Source of the DNA: Candidatus Micrarchaeota archaeon
GTDB taxonomy: Archaea > B1Sed10-29 > CAYVZL01
Direction of reading: 5' to 3'
Assembly (NCBI GenBank): GCA_964456465.1
Contig: CAYVZL010000001.1
Coordinates: 1 to 35,558 of the forward strand
Length of the DNA stretch: 35,558 bases
This document shows positions 16,723 to 25,003 of this stretch, in pieces; position 1 is the first letter of the stretch; each line of letters begins with the position of its first letter. The position numbers were made by a program, and so were the translations under genes. The notes beneath the pieces are model-generated. The model had not been told where the DNA came from, made no database searches, and was given only the letters and a program-made list of their open reading frames with translations.

Positions 16723-18269
16723 TTACCAACGATCTCCTTCATCAGGTTTTCGTCCAATATTTCGGATGGCCTCTTGTTCTTCTCAGCGACGCCTATCACA
16801 AAATCCTTATTGTCGTAGTAGTCGGCGATGACCTTGCCCACGGCGTTTACTGTGGTTATCTTGTTCTTCAGCAGCCAGTTCAGGATTCCCTCCTTGTCCT
16901 TCATGTCGCGGTTGAGCTCTTTCTCGGTCATGCCGGTGTGCATCCCTATCTCGTCAAAGATTCGGCTGCTGGTCCATAGCTTTTCCAGGCTGTCTGTCTT
17001 CGGTTTCCAGCGGTAGAGAACATTCACTCCGACAAGGGTCTCTCCCGTCTCTTTATAGGAGGGCACCACTTCAGCGACCTCGAATGTCCTCCTTATGTTG
17101 AGCCTCCTATGCCTGTATTGGACTAAGATCAGATGGAGACATTCCAGCATTGCCTCGGGCAGGTCTATCGGCGGGTTGGTCAGCCTCTGTTTGACCTGGT
17201 CCGCTGTATCCGCGTGGACGGTCGAGTATACCGAGTGGCCGGTGTGCATCGCCTCGAACAGGACCTCGGCTTCCCTCTGCCTCCTGATCTCGCCGAAGAC
17301 TATCCTGTCCGGCCTCATCCTAAGGGAGTTAATCATCAAATCAAGCATGGTCACCTCGCCCTTGCCTTCTGGGTTCGGCTCTCTCGTGGTCAGTGGTATC
17401 CAGTGCAGGAACGAGGGCAGAGTCAGCTCTCGCGTATCCTCGATGCTGATGACCCTGTGATTTGGCGGGATGAACGGCAGGATGGCGTTCAACATCGACG
17501 TCTTCCCGCTCGCAGTGCCGCCGGAGACGACTACGTTCATCTCGTACTCCATGCACAGCCAGACTAACGATGCTATCTCCGAGCTGATTGTCTTGATTGT
17601 CGGGTCCAGGAAATTGACTATCGTCCAGGGGTTCCTAGCAAACTTCCTTATGGTTATCGTGTTGCCCATGGAAGATATGGGGAATAGAGTGGCGTTCACC
17701 CTGTCGCCGGACAGCAGGTGCGCATCCATGAGCGGGGTGAGATTGGTTATCTGCCTGCCTATCTTCCTGCCGATGATAGAAGCGTAGTTGAATATCTGCT
17801 CTTCCGTTGGGACCATCACGTTGGTCTTGAGCCAGCCGTGCTTCTTGTGGTAGACCCAGATAGGGTCTCGGGAGTTGTTGATCACTATCTCCTCTAGGTT
17901 CGGGTCGGCGAGTATCATCTCTATCGGCCCTAAGCCGAGCATCTCATGGACCAGTCTGCCGGTCAGTGTGTTCTGTTCTACCTTGCTGAGCTCCGGGAAC
18001 TCTTTTGCGATGAGCATCTTGGTGCTTTCCATGAACCTCTTCTTGATGGACTCGGACTGCTTCGGGTCAAGAATCTCGGAAATATGTACGGTGACTGTTT
18101 CTACCAGCTTCTCCCTGAGGAACTGCAGGACTATATCGGTGGCTTTCTCTACCTTCGGATAGGTGATTTCATATATCGGAATATACTCTTCGTCCACTTC
18201 GAAAATGCCCACATTGCATTTAACTTCATCCGCCACAACGAAATACTGGTCAAGTTTTTTCATAACCAT
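16719..18269 (-). CDS. Type IV pilus assembly ATPase (PilB/FlaI/GspE-VirB11 superfamily)
   Basis: Walker A GGTASGKTS, Asp box ISIEDTRE, Walker B RPDRIVFGEIR, His box HTGHSVYSTVHA. 516 aa. Confidence 0.9.
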   Translation of the reverse strand: MVMKKLDQYFVVADEVKCNVGIFEVDEEYIPIYEITYPKVEKATDIVLQFLREKLVETVTVHISEILDPKQSESIKKRFMESTKMLIAKEFPELSKVEQNTLTGRLVHEMLGLGPIEMILADPNLEEIVINNSRDPIWVYHKKHGWLKTNVMVPTEEQIFNYASIIGRKIGRQITNLTPLMDAHLLSGDRVNATLFPISSMGNTITIRKFARNPWTIVNFLDPTIKTISSEIASLVWLCMEYEMNVVVSGGTASGKTSMLNAILPFIPPNHRVISIEDTRELTLPSFLHWIPLTTREPNPEGKGEVTMLDLMINSLRMRPDRIVFGEIRRQREAEVLFEAMHTGHSVYSTVHADTADQVKQRLTNPPIDLPEAMLECLHLILVQYRHRRLNIRRTFEVAEVVPSYKETGETLVGVNVLYRWKPKTDSLEKLWTSSRIFDEIGMHTGMTEKELNRDMKDKEGILNWLLKNKITTVNAVGKVIADYYDNKDFVIGVAEKNKRPSEILDENLMKEIVGK

Positions 18270-19054
18270 CACTCTTTCCTGATTTTAATTCTGAATAATC
18301 TTAAAAGGCTGGAAAATTTGAATTTGACCGCCCTCTTGTGGGTCAGCTCCACCTGAGGCAAGAGCTCGTCCACTCTCCTCCTGAGGGACGTGACCTGCGC
18401 GATGAACTTTTCCTCCTTCCGTTTCGTCTCGAGCTGGTCCTTGTCCGCTTTGGAAAGGTAGTCGTAGAACGTGCCGAGGGCTTTTGACTTGGCCACGAGG
18501 GAGGCTTTCTTGTCTATCGTCAGGACGTCTTTCTTGAACTCGTCTACAGAGCGGCCCAAGTCTTTCTTGTCCCCCTGCAGCTCGGCCAACTCTTTTTCAT
18601 AGGACTCGAGCTTTTCATGGAGCAGTTTCATATCGTTGAAGAGAGGGATGAACTCTTTCTTGGTCATAGTCTTTGCTTCGCCTATCTTCTCGCGGTATCT
18701 CCTCTCTATCTCCTTCATATCATAGTCCAGCTCTGGCACTTGTTCGGCGTACTTTAGAAAGGCGCTCTCCAGCCTCTGCTGCTCCTTCTTCAGTTCCTCC
18801 TTCCTTATCTTGAACTCGTTGAGCTTGTTGGTCAGCTCTTTCTCGGAAAGTGGTTTGGAGACAAGGACCATGCCGTGCAGCGGGGAATATTTTATCCTTA
18901 TCATATTGCTCTCTTCAAGAGGCTTGGCCCACTCCTCTATCTGCTCCAGCGACAGGCCGAGCGCGTCTGCCGCCGTTGTGCTGGTAACCTCGCCTTTAGT
19001 ATAGACGTAATCGACAAGTTCATCAACCTTCGTCTCTATGGTGTCTTTTTTCAT
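18269..19054 (-). CDS. wHTH plus long coiled-coil protein embedded in the pilus operon
   Basis: N-terminal ~65 aa looks like a winged helix (VDELVDYVYTKGEVTSTTAADALGLSLEQIEEWAKPLEESNMIRIKY). The rest is heptad-rich K/E coiled coil. No TM segment. Start and stop overlap the neighbouring genes. Confidence 0.5.
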   Translation of the reverse strand: MKKDTIETKVDELVDYVYTKGEVTSTTAADALGLSLEQIEEWAKPLEESNMIRIKYSPLHGMVLVSKPLSEKELTNKLNEFKIRKEELKKEQQRLESAFLKYAEQVPELDYDMKEIERRYREKIGEAKTMTKKEFIPLFNDMKLLHEKLESYEKELAELQGDKKDLGRSVDEFKKDVLTIDKKASLVAKSKALGTFYDYLSKADKDQLETKRKEEKFIAQVTSLRRRVDELLPQVELTHKRAVKFKFSSLLRLFRIKIRKE

Positions 19055-19980
19055 ATCCTATCAATCTTGCTGGTGTTATAGTTAACGGCCTCCACGCCGA
19101 GGTTGGCCAGGTAACTAATATAGAAATCGCTTGTATTTAATATAAGTTGCGTTGTGATGTTTACCTCGACGTTGTGTAGCTCGACGTTCATCACTGTGTA
19201 CGGAAGCGCGCCCCACGTGACGGTCACCCAAAAGTCGCTGGAGCCGGAGGGATGGGCCATCGGAATGTTCCATGTTGTTTTCTTCGCTATGTCCAGGCAG
19301 CGCCGTGAGAAATTGTAGCTCTGGCCGAGATAGTCGGAAAGCGAGAAGTTCAGGTAAAGGGGGTAGGTCGGGCTGGGGCCGCAGGTGCTTAACGGCTGTA
19401 ATGTCCCAGGCCCCTCGCACGCCTTCAAGCCCGCGGGGTTGGCAGGGGTGCAGTCAAGATAGACATTCGAGAAGTTCAGGTGCACTATCAGGTCCTTTAT
19501 TGCGCTGAAGTTCTCTGCTGATGAGTTGATGACCAGTTCTCTCTTGGCCCAGGCATCGTAGTTGGCCGAGGAGGGGTAATAATACTGTATGTTCTGCGGC
19601 AGGATGGTTATGACCGCGGGTATGTCCCCCAAGTCCATAAGCTGGCCGCCAGGGGTTAGGAAGATTATGTCTATGTCCGGCGTCTCATAAAAGGTCTGTA
19701 TGAAAATGCCGTAGTAGTGGAGGTAGTCATAGACCCTGTTCTTTGCAGGCAGCTGGTCGTAGAAGCTGACGGTGTTATTTATTTTTTCTATGCGGATATT
19801 CGCCGCTTTTCGGATGTCGTCCTGGACATCAGACCAAGCATGGGCGACCTTTTCCGACGCCAGCAGGTCGGCGATTGTCTGGAGGTCTGAATTTTGCTTT
19901 GCTGCGAAGTTCTGCGTGTAGAGCAACATGACTATCAGAATTATCGTGATGGTTATTGCAATCACAAATCCTTTAGCCAT
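19051..19980 (-). CDS. Large pilin-like/secreted protein (309 aa) with N-terminal class-III-like signal
   Basis: MAKG|FVIAITITIILIVMLLY N-terminus. The body carries 8 N-x-S/T sequons (NNT, NSS, three NFS, NIT, NTS and the last Asn of NYNTS) and 4 Cys. Confidence 0.5.
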   Translation of the reverse strand: MAKGFVIAITITIILIVMLLYTQNFAAKQNSDLQTIADLLASEKVAHAWSDVQDDIRKAANIRIEKINNTVSFYDQLPAKNRVYDYLHYYGIFIQTFYETPDIDIIFLTPGGQLMDLGDIPAVITILPQNIQYYYPSSANYDAWAKRELVINSSAENFSAIKDLIVHLNFSNVYLDCTPANPAGLKACEGPGTLQPLSTCGPSPTYPLYLNFSLSDYLGQSYNFSRRCLDIAKKTTWNIPMAHPSGSSDFWVTVTWGALPYTVMNVELHNVEVNITTQLILNTSDFYISYLANLGVEAVNYNTSKIDRI

Positions 19981-20413
19981 ACCAAATCACCAGTTCTGCA
20001 ATTCCGTATTCCATGGAAGTGAAGCTTGAGAAGACCCGTTTGATGTGGGTCAGGCGGTCCGGGGGCACGGCGTCTGTGGGAGAAACGCCTTGTTTTTGCG
20101 TGTGGACCTCGTACCTGTGGCGGAAGGGATACCCGTCCAAATCGTATATCTTGATCGTGATGTTTGCATTGACGTTTCCCGGGAGGGTTGCCAGATAATA
20201 GTCCAGGGTCGCCCTTGCGTCAGCTTCCCCCTGGTAAAATATGTTATAGAAAACGTCATTTTTGTCTAGCGAAGTCATAAAGTTATCGCCCAGCTGCGGC
20301 AGCCAGTAGGGGTCTCTGGGCGCCCTCAGCTCCGTGGAGAATAAAGTCAGGAATACTGCGAGTATCGAAATCGCAAATAAAGCGTCCAGGGCCAGGATGA
20401 ATGCTCTCTTCAT
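19973..20413 (-). CDS. Pilin-like protein (class III signal peptide)
   Basis: MKRA|FILALDALFAISILAVFLTLF. ATG 20413 forms an ATGA overlap with the upstream gene. Confidence 0.5.
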   Translation of the reverse strand: MKRAFILALDALFAISILAVFLTLFSTELRAPRDPYWLPQLGDNFMTSLDKNDVFYNIFYQGEADARATLDYYLATLPGNVNANITIKIYDLDGYPFRHRYEVHTQKQGVSPTDAVPPDRLTHIKRVFSSFTSMEYGIAELVIWYG

Positions 20414-20895
20414 TTCCACACCGTGAAATAAATTTTAGACAGTTCGCCGTTGAACGACACGAAAGACATCACTCGGGCCGAAACAATTGGCTCGGTTGGG
20501 ACCAGGCCGGTGGAGTTTATAGTGGCTCCTGCGCCCGTCGTGAGGTTGATATGGACGTTGTATTCGGGTATTCCAATTTTCTCTCCAAGGGTATTGTTTT
20601 CGATATTCATTAGTTGCACGAATTTCCATCCGTCTATGATATTCTTTCTGTCTCTTCCCACTCCGACCACTACCACATTGGTGCTGTTCCAGTCGGCCGG
20701 ATATCCTTTTCCGCTGATTAAGGATAGCATTGAGGAATAGGCAGCCTTCTCCGCCGAAATCCTCAACTCGTAATTCTCAAAATTATCTAGCATGATGCCC
20801 CACTGCGCGTTTATCACCACTATCGTGGCCAAAGTCAGGATTAGCGCGAATATCAGATCCGTCGTTATTAACTGGCCCTTAAACAATTTTGACAA
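20410..20895 (-). CDS. Pilin-like protein (class III signal peptide, KGQ motif)
   Basis: (M)SKLFKGQ|LITTDLIFALILTLATIVVI. Only TTG starts are available upstream of the KGQ site. Confidence 0.5.
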   Translation of the reverse strand: MSKLFKGQLITTDLIFALILTLATIVVINAQWGIMLDNFENYELRISAEKAAYSSMLSLISGKGYPADWNSTNVVVVGVGRDRKNIIDGWKFVQLMNIENNTLGEKIGIPEYNVHINLTTGAGATINSTGLVPTEPIVSARVMSFVSFNGELSKIYFTVWK

Positions 20896-21289
20896 CTCCC
20901 ATGGAATTATTGAAAACGTGGCTCTGGACGGTCAGATTGAATGGAGGATATTTGTCGTCGAACGTTACATTTCGCGCCCTGATCTGGCAGTAAACGGCAC
21001 CCTTCCCCCACCAAACGCTGACTGAGTTGTTGTAGATGGTTATGTTATATTCTATGCCAGCCAGTCTCTGGGGCAGGACGACGCCCTTGCTGAAGCCGTT
21101 GTCATTGAAGGCAACGGTGTTTATCGCCGAGCTTAGGTCGTAACAAACGCTTTTTGCGCGGTAATAGGTCTGGGCGTAGTTAGACTCCTGCATCCTGGGG
21201 TACAGTATGAAGGCGTACACTATAAGCATGAAGGTCAGTACTACCCCAACCGCCATCATGGTCTCGATAGTTGTCTGGGCCTTTCGCAT
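20879..21289 (-). CDS. Pilin-like protein (class III signal peptide, Q+1/E+5)
   Basis: MRKAQ|TTIETMMAVGVVLTFMLIVYAFILY from ATG 21289; the track ORF starts further upstream at 21367. Confidence 0.55.
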   Translation of the reverse strand: MRKAQTTIETMMAVGVVLTFMLIVYAFILYPRMQESNYAQTYYRAKSVCYDLSSAINTVAFNDNGFSKGVVLPQRLAGIEYNITIYNNSVSVWWGKGAVYCQIRARNVTFDDKYPPFNLTVQSHVFNNSMGVVKIV

Positions 21290-21294
21290 TTCAT

Positions 21295-21708
21295 TCACGG
21301 GGCGCTTGCGTTGATTATTACATAACCGCTCTGATTTAGGGTAAAGGTCATGACGTGATAGCCCCAATACGGGGGGAGTCTGCCGCCGACATTACATTTG
21401 GCTATACCGATAATCTCGTATCTATCTCCACCCATCGAGGTATAATTCATGAGTATAGTCCTGTTTATGAGTCGAGAGCTGGCCGGTTGATAGCCTTTAG
21501 GAATATAGATGTTCGCAGATATTTTGGAGCCCGGTGATTGGGCATAGATAGTATTGACTGAGGTGACTAGAGCGTTCATGGCAATCCGTGCTTCGCCCTC
21601 GGTTCTGGATGATTCGAGCTTTTGGTTTGCATAATAGAATAAGGGGACAAGGATTGCGATTACCATTGCCACCACTACCATATACTCTAGACCTATCTGG
21701 GCCCTCAT
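21295..21708 (-). CDS. Pilin-like protein (class III signal peptide, Q+1/E+5), first gene of the operon
   Basis: MRAQ|IGLEYMVVVAMVIAILVPLFYY. Confidence 0.6.
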   Translation of the reverse strand: MRAQIGLEYMVVVAMVIAILVPLFYYANQKLESSRTEGEARIAMNALVTSVNTIYAQSPGSKISANIYIPKGYQPASSRLINRTILMNYTSMGGDRYEIIGIAKCNVGGRLPPYWGYHVMTFTLNQSGYVIINASAP

Positions 21709-21729
21709 GCGCTAAAAGAGGGAATTTTG

Positions 21730-21738
21730 ATATATAAT
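21730..21738 (-). promoter_or_regulatory. TATA box for the pilus operon (probable leaderless or short-leader mRNA)
   Basis: Minus strand ATTATATAT ends 21 nt before ATG 21708. No SD lies in between. Confidence 0.4.
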
Positions 21739-21910
21739 CCTTTCTTCCTCTAAGTGATTGTAAAAAACTTAAAAATAGCATACATTTCATACTTATAGTG
21801 GAAAAAAGGTTAGGAAATCAAACATAATCCTATATAAGAAACATCTGCCTATTCAATACTTCATCTAATTGCCTTACGATGAATTCAAAAAATGATGCAA
21901 GTGACACCCA

Positions 21911-23845
21911 ATGCCCGAAAACAAGAAAGACGCAACAGACTTATCGCTCTTTGTCAAGGTTTCTAGCGGAAATGTTGGACCATGGGACAGATCGAGAATT
22001 GTTAAAGCACTGTTGAGAGAAACATCCATAACTCCGGAACTTGCTGAGAAGATTAGCCTTGAAGCAGAAGAAGTCATCAAAAACTCTAAGGTCAAATCCA
22101 TAACTGCTCCGCTGATAAGGGAAGTAGTAGATACCAAACTCATTGAACACGGCCTTGAAGACATAAGGAAGCAGCACACCAGACTGGGTCTGCCAATCTA
22201 TGATGTGGATGAAATAATCATGCAGAGGAACAAGGAAAATGCCAATATACCACACGGCCCTGAAGCCACTAATCTCACTCTCGCTGAGTCTATAAAGAAA
22301 CAATATGCTCTTCTGAAAGTCTTTTCGCCGAACGTCGCGCTGGCCCATGAACGAGGCGACTTCCATCTCCATGATCTCGGCTTTATTGACAGACCGTATT
22401 GTTCTGGCAATTCTATCGAGTACATCAAAAAATTCGGCCTTAACCTGCCTAATGCCTTGTCGATAGCCAAGCCAGCAAAACACCCTGAAGTCCTTTTACT
22501 GCATTTAATAAAATTCTCAGCTGCTTTGCAGGGAAGTTTCAACGGTGCCATCGGATGGGACGCAGTTAATCTCTTCCTCGCCCCTTATCTGCATGGTTTG
22601 GATGACAAAAAGGTGGAACAGTTGGCCCAAATACTCGTCTTCGAATTTGCGCAACAAGCCGTCGCAAGAGGCGGCCAATCGATATTCTCCGACCTGAACA
22701 TTTACTGGGAGGTTCCAAAGCATTTCGAGGACGTCCCTGCGATAGGGCCGGGCGGAATAAATACTGGAAACACTTATTCCGATTATCTCGAAGACTCTCA
22801 GAAATTTGCCACCGCATTGTTTAAGGTCTATCTTAACGGCGATGCTTATGGCAGACCGTTCTTCTTTCCGAAACCAGACGTCCATATCACTGAAAAGTTC
22901 TTCAAGACCGAAGGCCATGAGGAATTCTTACATCTGTTATCACAAGTTGCTTCAGAAAAAGGAAACCCTTATTTCATCTTTGATAGAGGAGATACGGCGA
23001 AGATAAGCGAGTGCTGCCGACTATCGTTCAAGCTGGATGAGTCAGATCTGAACGATGCCAGACAGCCGTGGAAGATGAGATACTCAGCTATGCAAAACGT
23101 TACTCTCAATCTGCCGCGCATCGCATATGACTCTAATGGCAGTGATGCGAAACTGTTTGAGACAATTACCGAAAGACTAGAGCTGATGGCAAAAGCCCAC
23201 CAGCAGAAAAAGGCGTTTATCGAGAAACTGTTGAGCTTGAAAAAATACGGACCATTGGGCTTGCTTACTATGGAGCCTGATGGAGAGGCGTATTATAGAC
23301 TAAGAAGAACTACTTTCCTCATAGGTATGCTTGGCCTTAATGAGATGGTACAGTACCACACCGGAGAACAGCTGCATGAGAGCAATGAGGCGTTCAAATT
23401 CGGGCTCAAAGTTATATCATACCTGGAGCAGGAGGCGATCAGGCTGTCGAAAGAGAAGGACATGAGGTTCGTGCTCGAGCAGACGCCTGCTGAATCGACC
23501 GCCTATCGTATGGCTAAATTAGATTTGGAGCAGTTCCCTGATGAAGCAGTAAAAACAGTTAAGGGAAACATAGAAAATGGGGTCTATTACACTAACTCCA
23601 CCTATCTCAATGTCGGTGTGCCTGTGGATCCAGTAGAGCGCGTTAAAAAGGAGGGAAAATTCCATCCGATGATTCATGCCGGCTCTCTCACCCACGTCTG
23701 GCTTGGAGAGGCTAGGCCAGATCCCGAGTCTATCGCTAATTTCATCGTTAAAACTTTCAAGAACACAACAAATGACCAGATTGCGTTTAGTCCGGAATTT
23801 ACGAACTGTCTTGACTGCGGAAAAACGGTCCGCGGTCTGCATTGA
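21911..23845 (+). CDS. nrdD: Anaerobic ribonucleoside-triphosphate reductase NrdD, large part (ATP-cone plus barrel, ends in TGA after the first CxxC of the zinc ribbon)
   Basis: N-terminal ATP-cone-like segment (KVSSGNVGPWDRSRIVKALLRE). Catalytic ECCRLSF motif. C-terminus ...FTNCLDCGKTVRGLH then TGA. Confidence 0.9.
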   Translation: MPENKKDATDLSLFVKVSSGNVGPWDRSRIVKALLRETSITPELAEKISLEAEEVIKNSKVKSITAPLIREVVDTKLIEHGLEDIRKQHTRLGLPIYDVDEIIMQRNKENANIPHGPEATNLTLAESIKKQYALLKVFSPNVALAHERGDFHLHDLGFIDRPYCSGNSIEYIKKFGLNLPNALSIAKPAKHPEVLLLHLIKFSAALQGSFNGAIGWDAVNLFLAPYLHGLDDKKVEQLAQILVFEFAQQAVARGGQSIFSDLNIYWEVPKHFEDVPAIGPGGINTGNTYSDYLEDSQKFATALFKVYLNGDAYGRPFFFPKPDVHITEKFFKTEGHEEFLHLLSQVASEKGNPYFIFDRGDTAKISECCRLSFKLDESDLNDARQPWKMRYSAMQNVTLNLPRIAYDSNGSDAKLFETITERLELMAKAHQQKKAFIEKLLSLKKYGPLGLLTMEPDGEAYYRLRRTTFLIGMLGLNEMVQYHTGEQLHESNEAFKFGLKVISYLEQEAIRLSKEKDMRFVLEQTPAESTAYRMAKLDLEQFPDEAVKTVKGNIENGVYYTNSTYLNVGVPVDPVERVKKEGKFHPMIHAGSLTHVWLGEARPDPESIANFIVKTFKNTTNDQIAFSPEFTNCLDCGKTVRGLH

Positions 23846-23854
23846 GGTGAAACT

Positions 23855-24022
23855 ATGGAAGGTAAATGCCCGTGCTGTGGAAGCAAGAACGTAGAACACA
23901 TGACGAGAGTCACGGGGTTCTTTTCAAAGGTAGAGGGCTGGAACAAAGGAAAAATCGCAGAGCTCAGAGATAGAAGGATGGCTATAGAGGGGAATAAGAA
24001 AGCGTTGGAGGGAACTAAATGA
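23855..24022 (+). CDS. NrdD C-terminal glycyl-radical domain encoded as a separate 55-aa ORF (in frame with nrdD)
   Basis: MEGKCPCCGSKNVEHMTRVTGFFSKVEGWNKGKIAELRDR: second CxxC half of the NrdD zinc ribbon plus an RVxG(F/Y) glycyl-radical motif. GAGGTGA SD 4 nt upstream of the ATG. Below the 60-aa cut-off of the ORF track. Confidence 0.7.
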   Translation: MEGKCPCCGSKNVEHMTRVTGFFSKVEGWNKGKIAELRDRRMAIEGNKKALEGTK

Positions 24023-24294
24023 TAGTATATCAGACAAAACTGGTTAAATTTTTCAGCAAGGAGAACTGCCCGAACTGCGTGCCTATGAGGGATATAGTGA
24101 AAGACCTGCAGAAAAGGGGGATTATAGTGCAGAATTTCGATGTTGACAGCGTTGATGGCAGGGCAGAGGCGATGTTCTACGATGTGATGAGCGCGCCGAG
24201 TCTAGTTGTTGTCGATAGGAAAGGCAATGAGCTGACTTCTTGGAGGAGCATGGTCCCTAGCGCCCAGGAAATTCTTAGAAATTTTGAGGAATAG
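24019..24294 (+). CDS. Thioredoxin/glutaredoxin-fold redoxin (NrdH-like), CPNC active site
   Basis: KFFSKENCPNCVPM at the N-terminus of a 91-aa thioredoxin-fold-sized protein. ATGA overlap with the preceding ORF. Confidence 0.7.
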   Translation: MIVYQTKLVKFFSKENCPNCVPMRDIVKDLQKRGIIVQNFDVDSVDGRAEAMFYDVMSAPSLVVVDRKGNELTSWRSMVPSAQEILRNFEE

Positions 24295-24295
24295 C

Positions 24296-25003
24296 ATGGA
24301 GATAAGAGGATTCGTCCCAACGTCTATGGTGGACTGGGACGGGAACGTTGTATCGACGGTATTTACGTCTAAATGCAACTTTGAGTGCAACTTCTGCCAT
24401 AACCACGAGCTGATTTATAGCCCCGAGAAGTTCGATGTGATACCGGAAGAGAAGATATTCAACCATCTGAAAGAGAACTCGGACTTTATCGATGGCGTCT
24501 GCATAACCGGAGGAGAGCCCACGCTCCAGGCCGGCCTTTCCGAGTTCTGCGAGAAGGTGAAGTCTATCGGGCTGAAGGTGAAGCTGGATACCAACGGGAG
24601 CAACCCGCTGCTTCTGAAGAAATTGATCCAGAAAAAGCTCGTAGACTATGTCGCGATGGACATCAAAGCGCCAGTGACCTCGAAGAAATATGAGAAAGTG
24701 AGCGGCGTGAAAAGCAGCTACCTGATAGACAATGTCAGGGATAGCATACAAACGCTGTTGAAATCAGACATAGATTATGAGTTCAGGACCACCGTCGTTC
24801 CTAGCATTCACACAAAGGATGATCTGAAAGAAATCGTTCGCAGCCTGAACGGTTGTAAGAAGTATGTCCTGCAGAAATTCCAGCCAGAGCACGCATACAG
24901 GGAAGAACTGAGGAAGGAGAAGAGCCAGACCGATGAAGAAATGGAAGAATTAGTAAAGGTTATTAAAAAGTACGTGCCTAATTCCAAGTGGAGGGGTAAG
25001 TAA
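24296..25003 (+). CDS. nrdG: Anaerobic RNR activating radical-SAM protein NrdG
   Basis: CNFECNFCHN (CxxxCxxC) cluster motif, GGEPTLQ SAM motif. ATG 24296 is preceded by GAGGA. Confidence 0.85.
   Translation: MEIRGFVPTSMVDWDGNVVSTVFTSKCNFECNFCHNHELIYSPEKFDVIPEEKIFNHLKENSDFIDGVCITGGEPTLQAGLSEFCEKVKSIGLKVKLDTNGSNPLLLKKLIQKKLVDYVAMDIKAPVTSKKYEKVSGVKSSYLIDNVRDSIQTLLKSDIDYEFRTTVVPSIHTKDDLKEIVRSLNGCKKYVLQKFQPEHAYREELRKEKSQTDEEMEELVKVIKKYVPNSKWRGK

Noticed and set aside
23843-23845. Genome-wide TGA reassignment (Trp/Gly codes) or selenocysteine as the explanation for the in-frame TGA in nrdD
   Set aside because: TGA terminates srp54 (7190), pus10 (5967), ftsY (8506) and several pilus genes at family-typical lengths, so it is a functional stop here. 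No SECIS-like structure or Sec context is evident, and the position is not a known Sec site in NrdD. Local read-through cannot be excluded and is kept within the finding.
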